Source: Vicinamibacteria bacterium
GTDB taxonomy: Bacteria; Acidobacteriota; Vicinamibacteria; Marinacidobacterales; Marinacidobacteraceae
Direction of reading: 5' to 3'
DNA: 64,000 bases
Assembly (NCBI GenBank): GCA_965199715.1
Contig: OZ241322.1
Span: forward strand, 1,824,001 to 1,888,000
In this document: piece after piece, positions 1-9,797 of the stretch
How the letters are laid out: every line of letters begins with the position of its first letter
Position numbering within the stretch: position 1 is the stretch's first letter
Translations under genes and position numbers: made by a program
Notes under the pieces: generated by a model
What the model was told of the DNA's origin: nothing
What the model saw: the letters and a program-made list of their open reading frames with translations, nothing else
The model's database searches: none

Positions 1-126
1 CGCGTGGACGTCATCGGGAAGGGCGGCTACCTCGAGGCGTGGGACCAGGAGCGCCTCGCGGCCAAGCTGGCGAACGACCCGTTCACCAGCGAGGACCGCA
101 AGCGGCTCGCCGAGGCCGGGATCTGA
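1..126 (+). CDS. mraZ: MraZ, 3' end only (partial)
   Basis: Frame 1 reads RVDVIGKGGYLEAWDQERLAAKLANDPFTSEDRKRLAEAGI*, a MraZ-like C-terminus; its stop overlaps the rsmH ATG (TGATG). Confidence 0.8.
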   Translation, partial: RVDVIGKGGYLEAWDQERLAAKLANDPFTSEDRKRLAEAGI

Positions 127-1088
127 TGATCGTCGCCGCGACGATTCCGATGGGGGCGCTTCTGCCCGGGACGCCCCTGCTGCGCACGGCGGAGGCCGTC
201 CCGGACGTCCACGTCCCGGTGCTCGTCGAGGAGATCGTGCGTCTCCTCGCGCCCGTTCGCGGGGGCCGCTATCTGGATGGGACGTTCGGTCGCGGCGGCC
301 ACAGCGAGGCCCTGCTGCGTGCGGCGCCCGGATGCCGGGTGCTCGCGCTCGACCGGGATCCGGCCGCGGCCGGCCCAGCGGCGGAACTCGCGGCGCGGGA
401 GCCGGGGTTCCAGTTCCGCAACGCCGATTTCCGGAACCTGGAGACGGCGCTCGGCCAGGAGGGTTGGGATCGGGTGGATGGGGTGCTGCTGGACCTGGGG
501 GTCTCCAGCCCGCAGCTCGAATCCGCCGGGAGGGGCTTTTCGCTGCGCCGGCCGGGGCCGCTGGACATGCGCTTCGACCCGACGCGGGGCGAGTCCGCCG
601 CGGAAATGCTGGACCGCATGGACGCGCCCGAGATCGCCGACCTCCTCTACCGCTACGGCGAGCGGCGCTCCCGGGCCATCGCCCGCCGGATCGTCGCGCG
701 GCGCCCGCTCTCCACCACCGGCGACCTGCGCGCCGCGGTGATCGCCGCGACCGGGCCGGGGCGGGGGCGCCTCGATCCGGCCACCCGCACCTTCCTCGCC
801 GTGCGGGCGGCGGTGAATCGCGAGGAGGACGCGCTCGAGGCGGCGCTCGAGTCCGGCCCCGCCCGGCTCGCCGTCGGGGGGGCGATGGCCGTCGTCGCGT
901 GGCATTCGGAGGAGGACCGCCCGGTCAAGCAGTGCTTCCGGCGCCTCGCCCGCACCGGCGCGTTCGAGCTTGCGACGCCCCGCCCCGAGTGGCCGTCCGA
1001 CGCGGAGATCCGGCGGAACCGCCGCGCCCGCAGCGCCCGGCTGCGCGTCTTGCGCCGGGTCGCATCGGACGAAGGAGCGGCGGCGTGA
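126..1088 (+). CDS. rsmH: 16S rRNA m4C1402 methyltransferase RsmH
   Basis: HVPVL, DGTFGRGGHS, DLGVSSPQL, RGFS, PLDMR, HSEEDR and RARSARLR motifs; dcw position. Confidence 0.95.
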   Translation: MIVAATIPMGALLPGTPLLRTAEAVPDVHVPVLVEEIVRLLAPVRGGRYLDGTFGRGGHSEALLRAAPGCRVLALDRDPAAAGPAAELAAREPGFQFRNADFRNLETALGQEGWDRVDGVLLDLGVSSPQLESAGRGFSLRRPGPLDMRFDPTRGESAAEMLDRMDAPEIADLLYRYGERRSRAIARRIVARRPLSTTGDLRAAVIAATGPGRGRLDPATRTFLAVRAAVNREEDALEAALESGPARLAVGGAMAVVAWHSEEDRPVKQCFRRLARTGAFELATPRPEWPSDAEIRRNRRARSARLRVLRRVASDEGAAA

Positions 1089-1429
1089 TCTCCAGCCGCT
1101 TCGGAATCGGCTACGGCCCCTCCAACGAGTGGCTGCGCCGCCGCTCCGACCCGGAGCGCTACCGGGCGCTGTTCCGCGTCGCGGGGATCGGGGCTGTCGC
1201 GCTCGGCGTCCTGCTCATCGCCTACTGGCCCCGGCAGGAGGCGGTCCGGCTCGGCTATCGGACCGAGGCGCTGCGGATCGAGCGCGATCGGCTGGAGCGC
1301 GACATCCAGAGCGTGCGGTTGCGGCTCGACGAGCTCGGCGATCCGCAGCGCGTCCAGCGCCTGGCCCGCGAGCAGTTCGAGCTCGGGCTCCCGACGACGG
1401 TGGCGACGCTCGGCGGAGCGGGGCGATGA
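1085..1429 (+). CDS. ftsL: Cell division protein FtsL
   Basis: Short protein with one TM segment followed by a coiled coil, between rsmH and ftsI; GTG overlaps the rsmH stop. Confidence 0.8.
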   Translation: MISSRFGIGYGPSNEWLRRRSDPERYRALFRVAGIGAVALGVLLIAYWPRQEAVRLGYRTEALRIERDRLERDIQSVRLRLDELGDPQRVQRLAREQFELGLPTTVATLGGAGR

Positions 1430-3351
1430 AGCGAACGAAGCCCGCCGCGCCGCCGCCGAGCCTGTTCAGCCAGCCGGCTCCGGCTCCGCCGCCGGAGCCG
1501 CCCCCGTCCGCGCCGGCCGGCCGGATGCGGTTCCGGATCCTGTTGGGGATGGGATGCTTCGCGCTGTGGGCCGCGGTCGTGGTCGGGCGGCTCTTCGACG
1601 TGCAGGTCGTGCGGCACGACGAGATGGCCGGCCGCGCGGTCCGGCAGCGGGAGGCCCGGCTGACGATCCCGCCGCGGCGCGGCGAAGTGCTCGACCGTAG
1701 CGGCCATCCGCTCGCCATGACCATCATGCGGGACTCGCTCTACGCGGTTCCCGGCCGGTATGAGCCGGAGGAGATCCGCGCCGCGGCGCGGGAGCTCGGG
1801 AAGTGCCTCGGCGTTCCCTCCAGCCGGATCGCCCGGATGCTCCGTCGCGACTCGCGTTTCTCGTGGCTCAAGCGCCGAGCCACTCCGCCCGAGTCGGAGT
1901 GCGCCCAGGCCAGCGCCTGGCCGGTCGGTGTCATCGAGGAGTACGGGCGCGCCTGGCCAAGCGGGGCGCTCGCCGCGCACGTCCTCGGCTTCGTGGGAAC
2001 CGAGAACACGGGCCTCGCCGGGATCGAGAGCGCGTGGGACGACGCGCTTCGGGGCGAGCCGGGGATGCTTCTTCTCGCGACCGACGGCCGCCGCACGAGC
2101 CACGCGAGCCGGGTCGGCACGCCGTCCCGCCCCGGACGCGACCTCCAGTTGACCCTCGACCTGCGGCTGCAGTCGATCCTCGAGGAGGAGCTGGCGCGGG
2201 GTCTCGAGGAGATCGACGCCACGCACGGCGCGGTGATCCTCGTGGAGACGCGCACCGGCGACGTTCTCGGGATGGCCAGCGCGCCCGCCTTCCATCCGGC
2301 GCGCTACCAGGGAGTCCCGGCCGCCGACCGCGCCAACCGGGCGGTCGCGCACGTGTACGAGCCCGGCTCGGTCTTCAAGATGGTCACCATCGCCGCCGCC
2401 CTCAACGAGGGGGTCGCCCACGAGTCCGAGGTCTTCGACACCAACAACGGCCGGTGGCCCATCGGCCGCCGCCTGATCCGCGACTGGAAGCCGCTCGGAA
2501 CCCTCACGCTCGAGGACGTGTTCGCCCAGTCGTCGAACATCGGCACGCTCCAGGTCGCCGAGCGCGTGGGGTCGGAAGCGCTGAGCGACTACATCCGGGC
2601 CTTCGGGTTCGGCGCGCGCACCGGCCTCGGCCTCGGGGGCGAGGGTCGGGGGCTCCTCCCCGGCTCTGCCCCGTGGCGGCAGATCCGGCTGGCCACGGTC
2701 TCCTTCGGCCAGGGCATCGCGGTGACTGCGGCGCAGATGGCCCAGGCCGCCAACGTGTTCGCCGGCGACGGAATGCTGCGCCCGCTGCGTCTCGTCCAGT
2801 CGGTCGGCGGCGTTCCGTTGGCCCCGGGGCCCGAGCGGCGGGTCCTCGACGAGGCGACCGCGGGACGGATGCGAAGCCTCATGGAGCGGGTCGTGGACGA
2901 GGGAACCGGATCCGCCGCGTCGGTAGCGGGTTTCCGCATCGCGGGCAAGACCGGAACGGCGCAGCGTGCGGTTCCCGGCGGCTACTCGGATGTGGACTAC
3001 ATCTCGACCTTCGCCGGGTTCGCCCCCGCCGACGAGCCGCTGTTCACCGCCGTGGTGATGCTGGAGGCCCAGAAGCCGCGCCACAGCGGGGCCTTCGCCG
3101 CCCGAGTGTTCGGGAGGATCGCCGCGCGGGCGCTGTGGCGGCGCCGCCGGACCGGCGAGGAGTCGGAACGGGTCGTCCGCTCGCCCTTCCACCGCGATCC
3201 GGCTCGTCTCGCGCGGGTCGCCGCGGGCGGGCCCGACCCCTCGCTTCGGGGCCGACTCGCCCGCTCGATCGCCGGGGACGATGGGGTTCGCACCGCGGCC
3301 GCGGAGGAAGGCCTTCTGACCCTCGTCGGGGACAGGCGCCCCGAGCCGTGA
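1426..3351 (+). CDS. ftsI: Penicillin-binding protein FtsI (class B transpeptidase)
   Basis: N-terminal TM, RGEVLDR, GLAGIE, SVFK (SxxK), SSN and KTG motifs. Confidence 0.93.
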   Translation: MKRTKPAAPPPSLFSQPAPAPPPEPPPSAPAGRMRFRILLGMGCFALWAAVVVGRLFDVQVVRHDEMAGRAVRQREARLTIPPRRGEVLDRSGHPLAMTIMRDSLYAVPGRYEPEEIRAAARELGKCLGVPSSRIARMLRRDSRFSWLKRRATPPESECAQASAWPVGVIEEYGRAWPSGALAAHVLGFVGTENTGLAGIESAWDDALRGEPGMLLLATDGRRTSHASRVGTPSRPGRDLQLTLDLRLQSILEEELARGLEEIDATHGAVILVETRTGDVLGMASAPAFHPARYQGVPAADRANRAVAHVYEPGSVFKMVTIAAALNEGVAHESEVFDTNNGRWPIGRRLIRDWKPLGTLTLEDVFAQSSNIGTLQVAERVGSEALSDYIRAFGFGARTGLGLGGEGRGLLPGSAPWRQIRLATVSFGQGIAVTAAQMAQAANVFAGDGMLRPLRLVQSVGGVPLAPGPERRVLDEATAGRMRSLMERVVDEGTGSAASVAGFRIAGKTGTAQRAVPGGYSDVDYISTFAGFAPADEPLFTAVVMLEAQKPRHSGAFAARVFGRIAARALWRRRRTGEESERVVRSPFHRDPARLARVAAGGPDPSLRGRLARSIAGDDGVRTAAAEEGLLTLVGDRRPEP

Positions 3352-4883
3352 CCCCGTCCGTCGCGCACCCGCCGCGCCGGCTGGGCGTTCTTGTCTCCGG
3401 GGAGTGGCCCGAGGTCTCCCCGGGGGGCGAGGACACGATGATCGGCGGGATCGCCAGCGACTCGCGCGACGTCCGTCCGGGGGATCTGTTCGTCGCAATC
3501 CGGGGCGGAAGCCACGACGGCCACGAGTTCGTGCCCGCCGCGCTTGAGGCCGGGGCCGCCGCGATCCTCGTGGAGCGGGTGCCCGAGGACGTCGCCGTCC
3601 CGTGGGCCCGGGTGCGGGACACGCGCTGGTCGCTCGGCTCGGTCGCGGCGGTGTTTTACGGGGATCCCTCCGGGGCGATGACCCTCGCCGGGGTCACTGG
3701 GACCAACGGCAAGACCACGACCTGCTGGCTCTTGGACGAAGCGTTCTTCCGCCTCGCCGGGGCGAGCCTGCTCGCCGGGACGCTCGGATCGCGCCTTCGC
3801 TCCGGCGAGCGCCGGACCCGCGGCGAGGCCGGGCTCACCACCGGATCGCCGGTCGAGCTGCAGGCGTTTCTCGCCGAGGGCCGCCGCCGGGGCTGCGCCT
3901 TCGGGGTCGTCGAGTGCTCGTCGCACGGACTCCATCAGGGGCGCCTCCAGGGGACCTTCTTCCGCGCCGCGGTGTTCACCAACCTGACCCCGGAGCACCT
4001 CGACTACCACGGCGACCTCGACGCGTACTACCGGGCCAAGCGCCTGCTCTTCAGCGAGCATCTGCGCGGCGGGGGGATCGCCGTCATCGGGATCGACGAC
4101 CCGCACGGAGCCCGCCTCGCGGAAGACGTGGCGGAGCGCCGCCCCGACGTGATCCTCGCGACGTTCGGGTTCGACCCCGCCGCGACCGTCCGGATCCTCG
4201 AGAATCGGTCCGCCGGCGACGCGCAAACCGTTCGCCTCGGGACGCCGGCGGGCGAGCAGATCCTCGAGACGGCCATGCCCGGCGCGTTCGCCGCGAGGAA
4301 TCTCGCGGGCGCGTGGGCCGCGCTCTTCAACCTCGACTTCGCGCCCGAGGAAGTGACCGCCGCGCTCTCGGGCGCGCCGGCGCCGCCGGGACGGATGGAG
4401 CCGGTGCGGCTGGAGGAGCAGGCCGACGCGCCGCTCGTCCTCGTCGATTTCGCTCATTCGCCCGACGCGCTCGAGCAGGCGTTGCGGGCCGCTCGCGACC
4501 TGGCCGGCGCCGGCCGCCTGTGGACGGTGTTCGGCTGCGGTGGCGAGCGGGATCCGGGCAAGCGCGCCCCGATGGGCCGCCTCGCCGCCTCGCTGGCCGA
4601 CCGGGTGGTCCTGACCGCCGACAACTCCCGCAGCGAGGATCCGGAGCGGATCGTGGCCGCAGTCCGCGAAGGCGCCGAGGCCGAGCGCCCCGGTTCGGTG
4701 ACCGCCTGCGAGCTCGAGCGCCGGGACGCGATCCGGTACGCGGTCCGCGAGGCCGCCCCCGAGGACGTGGTGCTCGTCGCCGGGCGCGGCGCCGAGACCC
4801 ACCAGCACACGGCGCGCGGTCGCCTCCCCTGCGACGACCGCGACCTCGTGAGGGACGCGCTGCGCGAGGAGGCCCGCCGGTGA
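3348..4883 (+). CDS. murE: UDP-MurNAc-dipeptide ligase MurE
   Basis: DSRDV, GTNGKTTT, ECSSHG, TNLTPEHLDYH, DFAHSPD, FGCGGERD and DNSR motifs. Confidence 0.93.
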   Translation: MTPSVAHPPRRLGVLVSGEWPEVSPGGEDTMIGGIASDSRDVRPGDLFVAIRGGSHDGHEFVPAALEAGAAAILVERVPEDVAVPWARVRDTRWSLGSVAAVFYGDPSGAMTLAGVTGTNGKTTTCWLLDEAFFRLAGASLLAGTLGSRLRSGERRTRGEAGLTTGSPVELQAFLAEGRRRGCAFGVVECSSHGLHQGRLQGTFFRAAVFTNLTPEHLDYHGDLDAYYRAKRLLFSEHLRGGGIAVIGIDDPHGARLAEDVAERRPDVILATFGFDPAATVRILENRSAGDAQTVRLGTPAGEQILETAMPGAFAARNLAGAWAALFNLDFAPEEVTAALSGAPAPPGRMEPVRLEEQADAPLVLVDFAHSPDALEQALRAARDLAGAGRLWTVFGCGGERDPGKRAPMGRLAASLADRVVLTADNSRSEDPERIVAAVREGAEAERPGSVTACELERRDAIRYAVREAAPEDVVLVAGRGAETHQHTARGRLPCDDRDLVRDALREEARR

Positions 4884-6253
4884 CGTTCTCCGCTGGACCC
4901 GCCGCCGCGGCCATGGGCGGCGTCCTCGAAGGACCCGACGCGCCCTGCGACGGCGGGTCCATCGACAGCCGGATGATCCGCGCGGGCCAGCTCTTCTTCG
5001 CGATCCGCGGCGCCCGCGACGGCCACGACTACGTGGAGGCGGCGCTTCGGGCCGGAGCCGCCGGGGCGGTCGTCGAGCGCGAGGTCGCAGTCGCGCCCGG
5101 GCTGGATCAGTTCTTGATCCGGGCGCCCGACTCCACCGCGGCGCTCGGCGCGCTCGCCCGCAGTCTCCGGCTGGACGCCGCCGTGGAAGTCGCCGCCATC
5201 ACCGGCAGCGTGGGCAAGACGACCACCCGTACGGTCGCCGCCCGCGCGCTCGGATCCCGCAGCCGGGTGTTCGAGAGTCCGGCCAACTGGAACAACCACC
5301 TCGGCGTCCCGCTCTCGATCCTCGCCGCCGGGGACGAGGAGACGTGGGTCATGGAGCTCGCGATGTCGGCGCCCGGCGAGATCCGGGGCCTGACCCGCAT
5401 CGCAGTTCCCGACTGCGGGCTCGTGACGGCGGTGAGTCCGGTGCACCTCGACGGCCTCGGCAGCATCGAGGCGGTCGCCGACGCCAAGGGAGAGCTCTTC
5501 GAATCGCTGCCGGCGGAGTCCACTGCCGTGGTCCGCGCCGACGATCCGCGGGTCCTCGCCCAGGCGGACCGGTTCGCCGGGCACCGGATCACCTTCGGCT
5601 TCCAGGAGGACGTGGACGTCCGCGGCCGGGGCTACGAACGCACGGCGGACGGGCTGCAGTTCGAGGCCCGCGCCTTCGGCGGACCGTGGACGACCGTCCG
5701 CTGCGGCCTCACCGGGGCCCACAACGCCGGAAACGTCCTCGCCGGGCTCGCCGTCGCGGTCGCTATGGGCGCCCCGCTGAGCAAGGCCGTCGCCGCGGTC
5801 GCCACGCTCGGTCCGCTCCCCGGACGCGGCGCACGGGCGACGCTCGCCGGCGGCGCGGTCGCGGTCGATGAGACCTACAACTCGAGTCCGGCGGCGCTCA
5901 TGGCGGCGATCGAAGACCTCGCCGCGACTCCCGCCTCCCGCCGCATCCTCGTGGCGGGCGACATGCGGGAACTGGGGAGCGAGAGCGAGGGCTTCCACGC
6001 CCGGTGCGGCCGGCATGCCGCCGAGGCCGGCCTCGACCGGGTGGTCGGCGTGGGGTCGCTGGGGCGCCGGCTCGCCGAGGCCGCCGGGAGCGCCGGAGTC
6101 CCGATGTGCGCGTTCGACTCGCCGGACGACGCGGCGGACGCGCTGCGCGGGGAACTGCGCGAGGGAGACGTGGCGCTCTTCAAGGCGTCGAGAGCCATGG
6201 GGCTGGAGCGGATCCTCCGCCAGCTCGAAGCGGCCCCGAAGGCGGAAGCCTGA
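4880..6253 (+). CDS. murF: UDP-MurNAc-tripeptide D-Ala-D-Ala ligase MurF
   Basis: DSR, GSVGKTT, NNHLGVP, DETYNSSP, GDMRELG and KASR motifs. Confidence 0.93.
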   Translation: MTFSAGPAAAAMGGVLEGPDAPCDGGSIDSRMIRAGQLFFAIRGARDGHDYVEAALRAGAAGAVVEREVAVAPGLDQFLIRAPDSTAALGALARSLRLDAAVEVAAITGSVGKTTTRTVAARALGSRSRVFESPANWNNHLGVPLSILAAGDEETWVMELAMSAPGEIRGLTRIAVPDCGLVTAVSPVHLDGLGSIEAVADAKGELFESLPAESTAVVRADDPRVLAQADRFAGHRITFGFQEDVDVRGRGYERTADGLQFEARAFGGPWTTVRCGLTGAHNAGNVLAGLAVAVAMGAPLSKAVAAVATLGPLPGRGARATLAGGAVAVDETYNSSPAALMAAIEDLAATPASRRILVAGDMRELGSESEGFHARCGRHAAEAGLDRVVGVGSLGRRLAEAAGSAGVPMCAFDSPDDAADALRGELREGDVALFKASRAMGLERILRQLEAAPKAEA

Positions 6254-7332
6254 TGCTCGCGGACCTCCTCTACTCGTTCTCCGACCAGATCGGCGCGTTC
6301 AACGTCTTCCGCTACGTCACGGTGCGCACGGCCGGCGCCACGGTGACCGCGCTCACGCTTTCGCTCGGCCTCGGGCCGTGGCTCATCCGCCGGCTGCAGC
6401 GTCTCCAGATCGGCGAGCGCATCCGACCGGACGGCCCCAGCAGCCATCTCGCCAAGGCGGGCACCCCCACGATGGGAGGCGTGCTAGTCGTCGCGTCCAT
6501 CCTGGCGGGGACGATCCTCTGGGCGGACCTCGGGAACGCCCTGATCCAGGCGGCGATCTTCGCGACCTTCGGATACGCCGCGCTCGGCTTCTTCGACGAC
6601 TACCAGAAGCTCTCCGGCCGGGGCGGGCTGCGGGTCCTGCCCAAGCTGGGAGCGCAGATCGGCGTCGGCGCGCTGACCGGACTCTTCCTGCTGTGGCGCG
6701 CGTCGGCGGACGAGTTCACCACGCAGGTCGCGTTCCCGTTCTACAAGACCTTCCAGCCCGAGCTGGGATGGCTTCTGGTGCCGGCGGCCGCGCTCGTGCT
6801 GGTCGCGTCGTCGAACGCGGTGAACCTCACCGACGGGCTCGACGGCCTCGCGTCGGGCTGCGTCGTGGTCGCGGCGGCGGCGTTCGCGCTGCTCACCTAC
6901 GTGTCGGGGCACGCGGAGTTCTCCGACTACCTCGACATCGTGCACGTCCCCGGGGTCTCCGAAGTGACCGTGTTCGGCGCCGCGGTGGTGGGGGCCGCGC
7001 TCGGCTTCCTGTGGTTCAACGCCCATCCGGCGCAGGTGTTCATGGGGGACGTGGGTTCGCTCGCACTGGGCGCCGCGGTCGGGATCCAGGCGGTGCTCAT
7101 CCGCCAGGAAGTGCTGCTCGTCCTGGTCGGCGGGGTCTTCGTGGTCGAGGCGGCGTCGGTGCTGCTGCAGGTCGCGAGCTTCAAGCTGACCGGGCGGCGG
7201 CTCTTCCGCATGGCCCCGATCCACCACCACTTCGAGCTGCGGGGCTGGAAGGAAACCCAGATCAGCGTCCGTTTCTGGATTCTCGCCGCGCTGTGCGCGC
7301 TCGCGACGCTCACCACGCTCAAGCTGCGATGA
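6253..7332 (+). CDS. mraY: Phospho-MurNAc-pentapeptide transferase MraY
   Basis: KAGTPTMGG, DDY, NAVNLTDGLDGL, FMGDVGS and MAPIHHHFE motifs. Confidence 0.96.
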   Translation: MLADLLYSFSDQIGAFNVFRYVTVRTAGATVTALTLSLGLGPWLIRRLQRLQIGERIRPDGPSSHLAKAGTPTMGGVLVVASILAGTILWADLGNALIQAAIFATFGYAALGFFDDYQKLSGRGGLRVLPKLGAQIGVGALTGLFLLWRASADEFTTQVAFPFYKTFQPELGWLLVPAAALVLVASSNAVNLTDGLDGLASGCVVVAAAAFALLTYVSGHAEFSDYLDIVHVPGVSEVTVFGAAVVGAALGFLWFNAHPAQVFMGDVGSLALGAAVGIQAVLIRQEVLLVLVGGVFVVEAASVLLQVASFKLTGRRLFRMAPIHHHFELRGWKETQISVRFWILAALCALATLTTLKLR

Positions 7333-7335
7333 GCG

Positions 7336-8715
7336 ATGACCTCCGATTGGCTGCCCGGTCCCCGGATTCTGGTTCTGGGAGCCGGCGCGAGCGGAACCGA
7401 GGCGGCGCGCTTCCTCCGGGCGGCGGGGCGCGAGGTGACGGTGGCGGACGACCTCCCCGAGTCGAAGCTCCCGAACGCGCCGAGGCTACGGGAATGGAGA
7501 GTCTCGGTCCGCCCGAGCGACGTCGGGCTTCTGGCGGATACGGACCTTGTCGTGGCGAGCCCGGGGGTGCCTCCCTCGGCTCCGCTCGTCGATGCGGCGC
7601 GGCGACGGGGGGTTCCGCTGTGGGGGGAGCTGGAGCTCGGCTACCGGGCGCTCGGCGAGCCGGCGGACCGGATCCTCGCGGTCACCGGGACGAAGGGGAA
7701 GTCCAGCACCGTCACCATGCTGGCGGCGGCGCTGCGGAACGCCGGGATGGACGCCCGCGCCGCCGGCAACCTTGGGACGCCGCTCACCGCGCTCGCCGGG
7801 ACGCTACCGGATGCGGCGCGCGTGGTGGTCGAGGCCTCGAGTTTCCAGCTCGCCGCGACCGAGCGCTTCCGCGCCGGGATCGCGGTGATGCTCGCGGTCA
7901 CCGAGGATCACCTCGACTGGCACCCGAACGTCGAGCACTACCGCGGATCCAAGGCGCGCCTTCTCGAGACGCAGGCCCCGGGGGACTGGGCCGTGTACGA
8001 CGGAGCGGATCCGGTGGCTGAATCCATCGCCCGGGCCGCCGCCGCCCGGACGGGCGCGTCGCTGCTCCCGTTCGGAGGGACTCCCGGAAGCGGCGATCCC
8101 GAAGTGGTTCTCGCCGACCGGCGGATCCGGTGGCGCGACGTCTCCGGGGAGCAAGTGCTGGCTGATCTGTCCGGCCTCGGACTTGCGGGCCCGCACCAGG
8201 GACGGAACCTCGCTGCGGCGGCCGCCGCCGCGACGCTCGCCGGCGCGGCCCGCTCCGCGATCGAGGCGGCCGCGGCCGGATTCGGCGGGCTGCCGCACGC
8301 GCTCGAGGAGCTTCCGCCGGTCGGCGGCGTGCGCTTCGTGAACGACTCGCGGGCCACCAACGTGGACGCGACCCGCGCGGCGCTGCGCGCGCTGCGCCTG
8401 TCCGGCGACCCCCGCGTCCACTTGATCCTCGGCGGGATCCTGAAGGGCGGCCGGTTCGCCGAGCTCGCGCCCGATCTCGGCGCGGTGGCCGTCGTCCACG
8501 CGATCGGCAGCGCGCGACCGCGCATCCTCCGGGAGCTCCCAGCGCGTCCGGCCGCTTCGCTCGACGAGGCGGTGGAGACCGCGTTCGCCGAGGCCGCGCC
8601 CGGCGACGTGGTGCTCCTCTCGCCCGGCTGCTCCAGCTTCGACGACTTCCGCGACTACCGGCACCGGGGCGAGCGGTTCCGCGCTCTCGCCGCGCGGGCG
8701 GGAGGCGGCCGGTGA
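7336..8715 (+). CDS. murD: UDP-MurNAc-L-Ala:D-Glu ligase MurD
   Basis: GAGASG, SPGVP, GTKGKSST, EASSFQL, DHLDWH, NDSRATN and LLSPGCSSFD motifs. Confidence 0.93.
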   Translation: MTSDWLPGPRILVLGAGASGTEAARFLRAAGREVTVADDLPESKLPNAPRLREWRVSVRPSDVGLLADTDLVVASPGVPPSAPLVDAARRRGVPLWGELELGYRALGEPADRILAVTGTKGKSSTVTMLAAALRNAGMDARAAGNLGTPLTALAGTLPDAARVVVEASSFQLAATERFRAGIAVMLAVTEDHLDWHPNVEHYRGSKARLLETQAPGDWAVYDGADPVAESIARAAAARTGASLLPFGGTPGSGDPEVVLADRRIRWRDVSGEQVLADLSGLGLAGPHQGRNLAAAAAAATLAGAARSAIEAAAAGFGGLPHALEELPPVGGVRFVNDSRATNVDATRAALRALRLSGDPRVHLILGGILKGGRFAELAPDLGAVAVVHAIGSARPRILRELPARPAASLDEAVETAFAEAAPGDVVLLSPGCSSFDDFRDYRHRGERFRALAARAGGGR

Positions 8716-9797
8716 AAACGCGCTCGGTGGCGCCCGACCCGCTGTTCTTCACGCTCACGGTGGGCCTCGCGCTCTTCGGGCTGGCCATGCTCTCGAGCGC
8801 CTCGGCGTTCGTCGCCGAGGCCGGGGGACGCGCCCCGACGTGGTTCGTCACGCGCCAGATCGTCTGGGCGGTCGCCGGCTTCGGGGTGATGGCCGCCTTG
8901 GCCCAGTTGGACTACCGCCGCCTCGACCGCCATTGGGTGATGATGGCGGCTCTCGCCGTCTCGGTCGCCGCGCTCGGCGCCGCGCTGCTGTCCGCGCCGC
9001 TGAACAACACGTGGCGCTGGATCCGCATCGGCGGCGTCGGCGTCCAGCCCTCGGAGTTCGTCAAGGTGGCGCTGGTGGTGATCCTCGCCCAGCAACTGGC
9101 GACCCGCGCCCCGGACCGCATCCGCGCGCTCGTGGTCCCGCTCGGCACCACCGGCCTTCTTGGAGGGATGGTGTTCTTGCAGCGCGACCTCGGCACGGCC
9201 ACGCTGCTCGTGCTGATCGGCGCGGCGATGCTCACCGTCGGCGGCGCCCGCATCCTCCATCTCACCGGGCTCGGCGGAATCTTCGCGGGCCTGTTCGCGC
9301 TGGGGGTGCTCGCCGACGGGTATCGGATGCGGCGGGTCCTGACCTTCATGGATCCGTTCCGCGATCCGCTCGGGGACGGGTTTCAGTTGACCCAGTCGCT
9401 GATCGCGCTGGGCGCGGGCGGGTTCACCGGAGTCGGCTTCGCCGGGAGCGAGCAGAAGCTGCTGTACCTCCCGGTGCCGCACGCCGACTTCATCTTCTCG
9501 GTGATCGGCGAGGAGCTCGGCTTCCTCGGCGCGGTCGCGGTCGTCCTGGCGTTCGGCGGGTGGGCCGTGCGCGGGCTCATCATCTCGATGCGCACCCCCG
9601 ACGCCTTCGGGAAGCTGCTGGGCGTGGGCGCGGTTCTCGCGGTGGGCTTCCAGGCGTTCCTCCACATCAGCGTCACGACCGGCCTCGTTCCGACAACCGG
9701 ACTCCCGCTTCCCTTCGTGTCCGCCGGCGGTTCGGCGCTCGTGAGTTCGCTCGCGGCGTCCGGCCTCGTGCTCTCCCTCTCGCGGGTGCACTCGTGA
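8712..9797 (+). CDS. ftsW: SEDS peptidoglycan polymerase FtsW
   Basis: RWIRIG, QPSEFVK, DLGTA, HADFIF..IGEELG and LPFVSAGGS motifs. Confidence 0.95.
   Translation: MKTRSVAPDPLFFTLTVGLALFGLAMLSSASAFVAEAGGRAPTWFVTRQIVWAVAGFGVMAALAQLDYRRLDRHWVMMAALAVSVAALGAALLSAPLNNTWRWIRIGGVGVQPSEFVKVALVVILAQQLATRAPDRIRALVVPLGTTGLLGGMVFLQRDLGTATLLVLIGAAMLTVGGARILHLTGLGGIFAGLFALGVLADGYRMRRVLTFMDPFRDPLGDGFQLTQSLIALGAGGFTGVGFAGSEQKLLYLPVPHADFIFSVIGEELGFLGAVAVVLAFGGWAVRGLIISMRTPDAFGKLLGVGAVLAVGFQAFLHISVTTGLVPTTGLPLPFVSAGGSALVSSLAASGLVLSLSRVHS

Noticed and set aside
1803-3347. Long N-terminal extensions on murE, murF, murG, ftsA, the amidohydrolase, HAD-ECH and others in the ORF track
   Set aside because: They are Arg/Pro/Gly-rich off-frame read of upstream genes; the real starts overlap the upstream stops.
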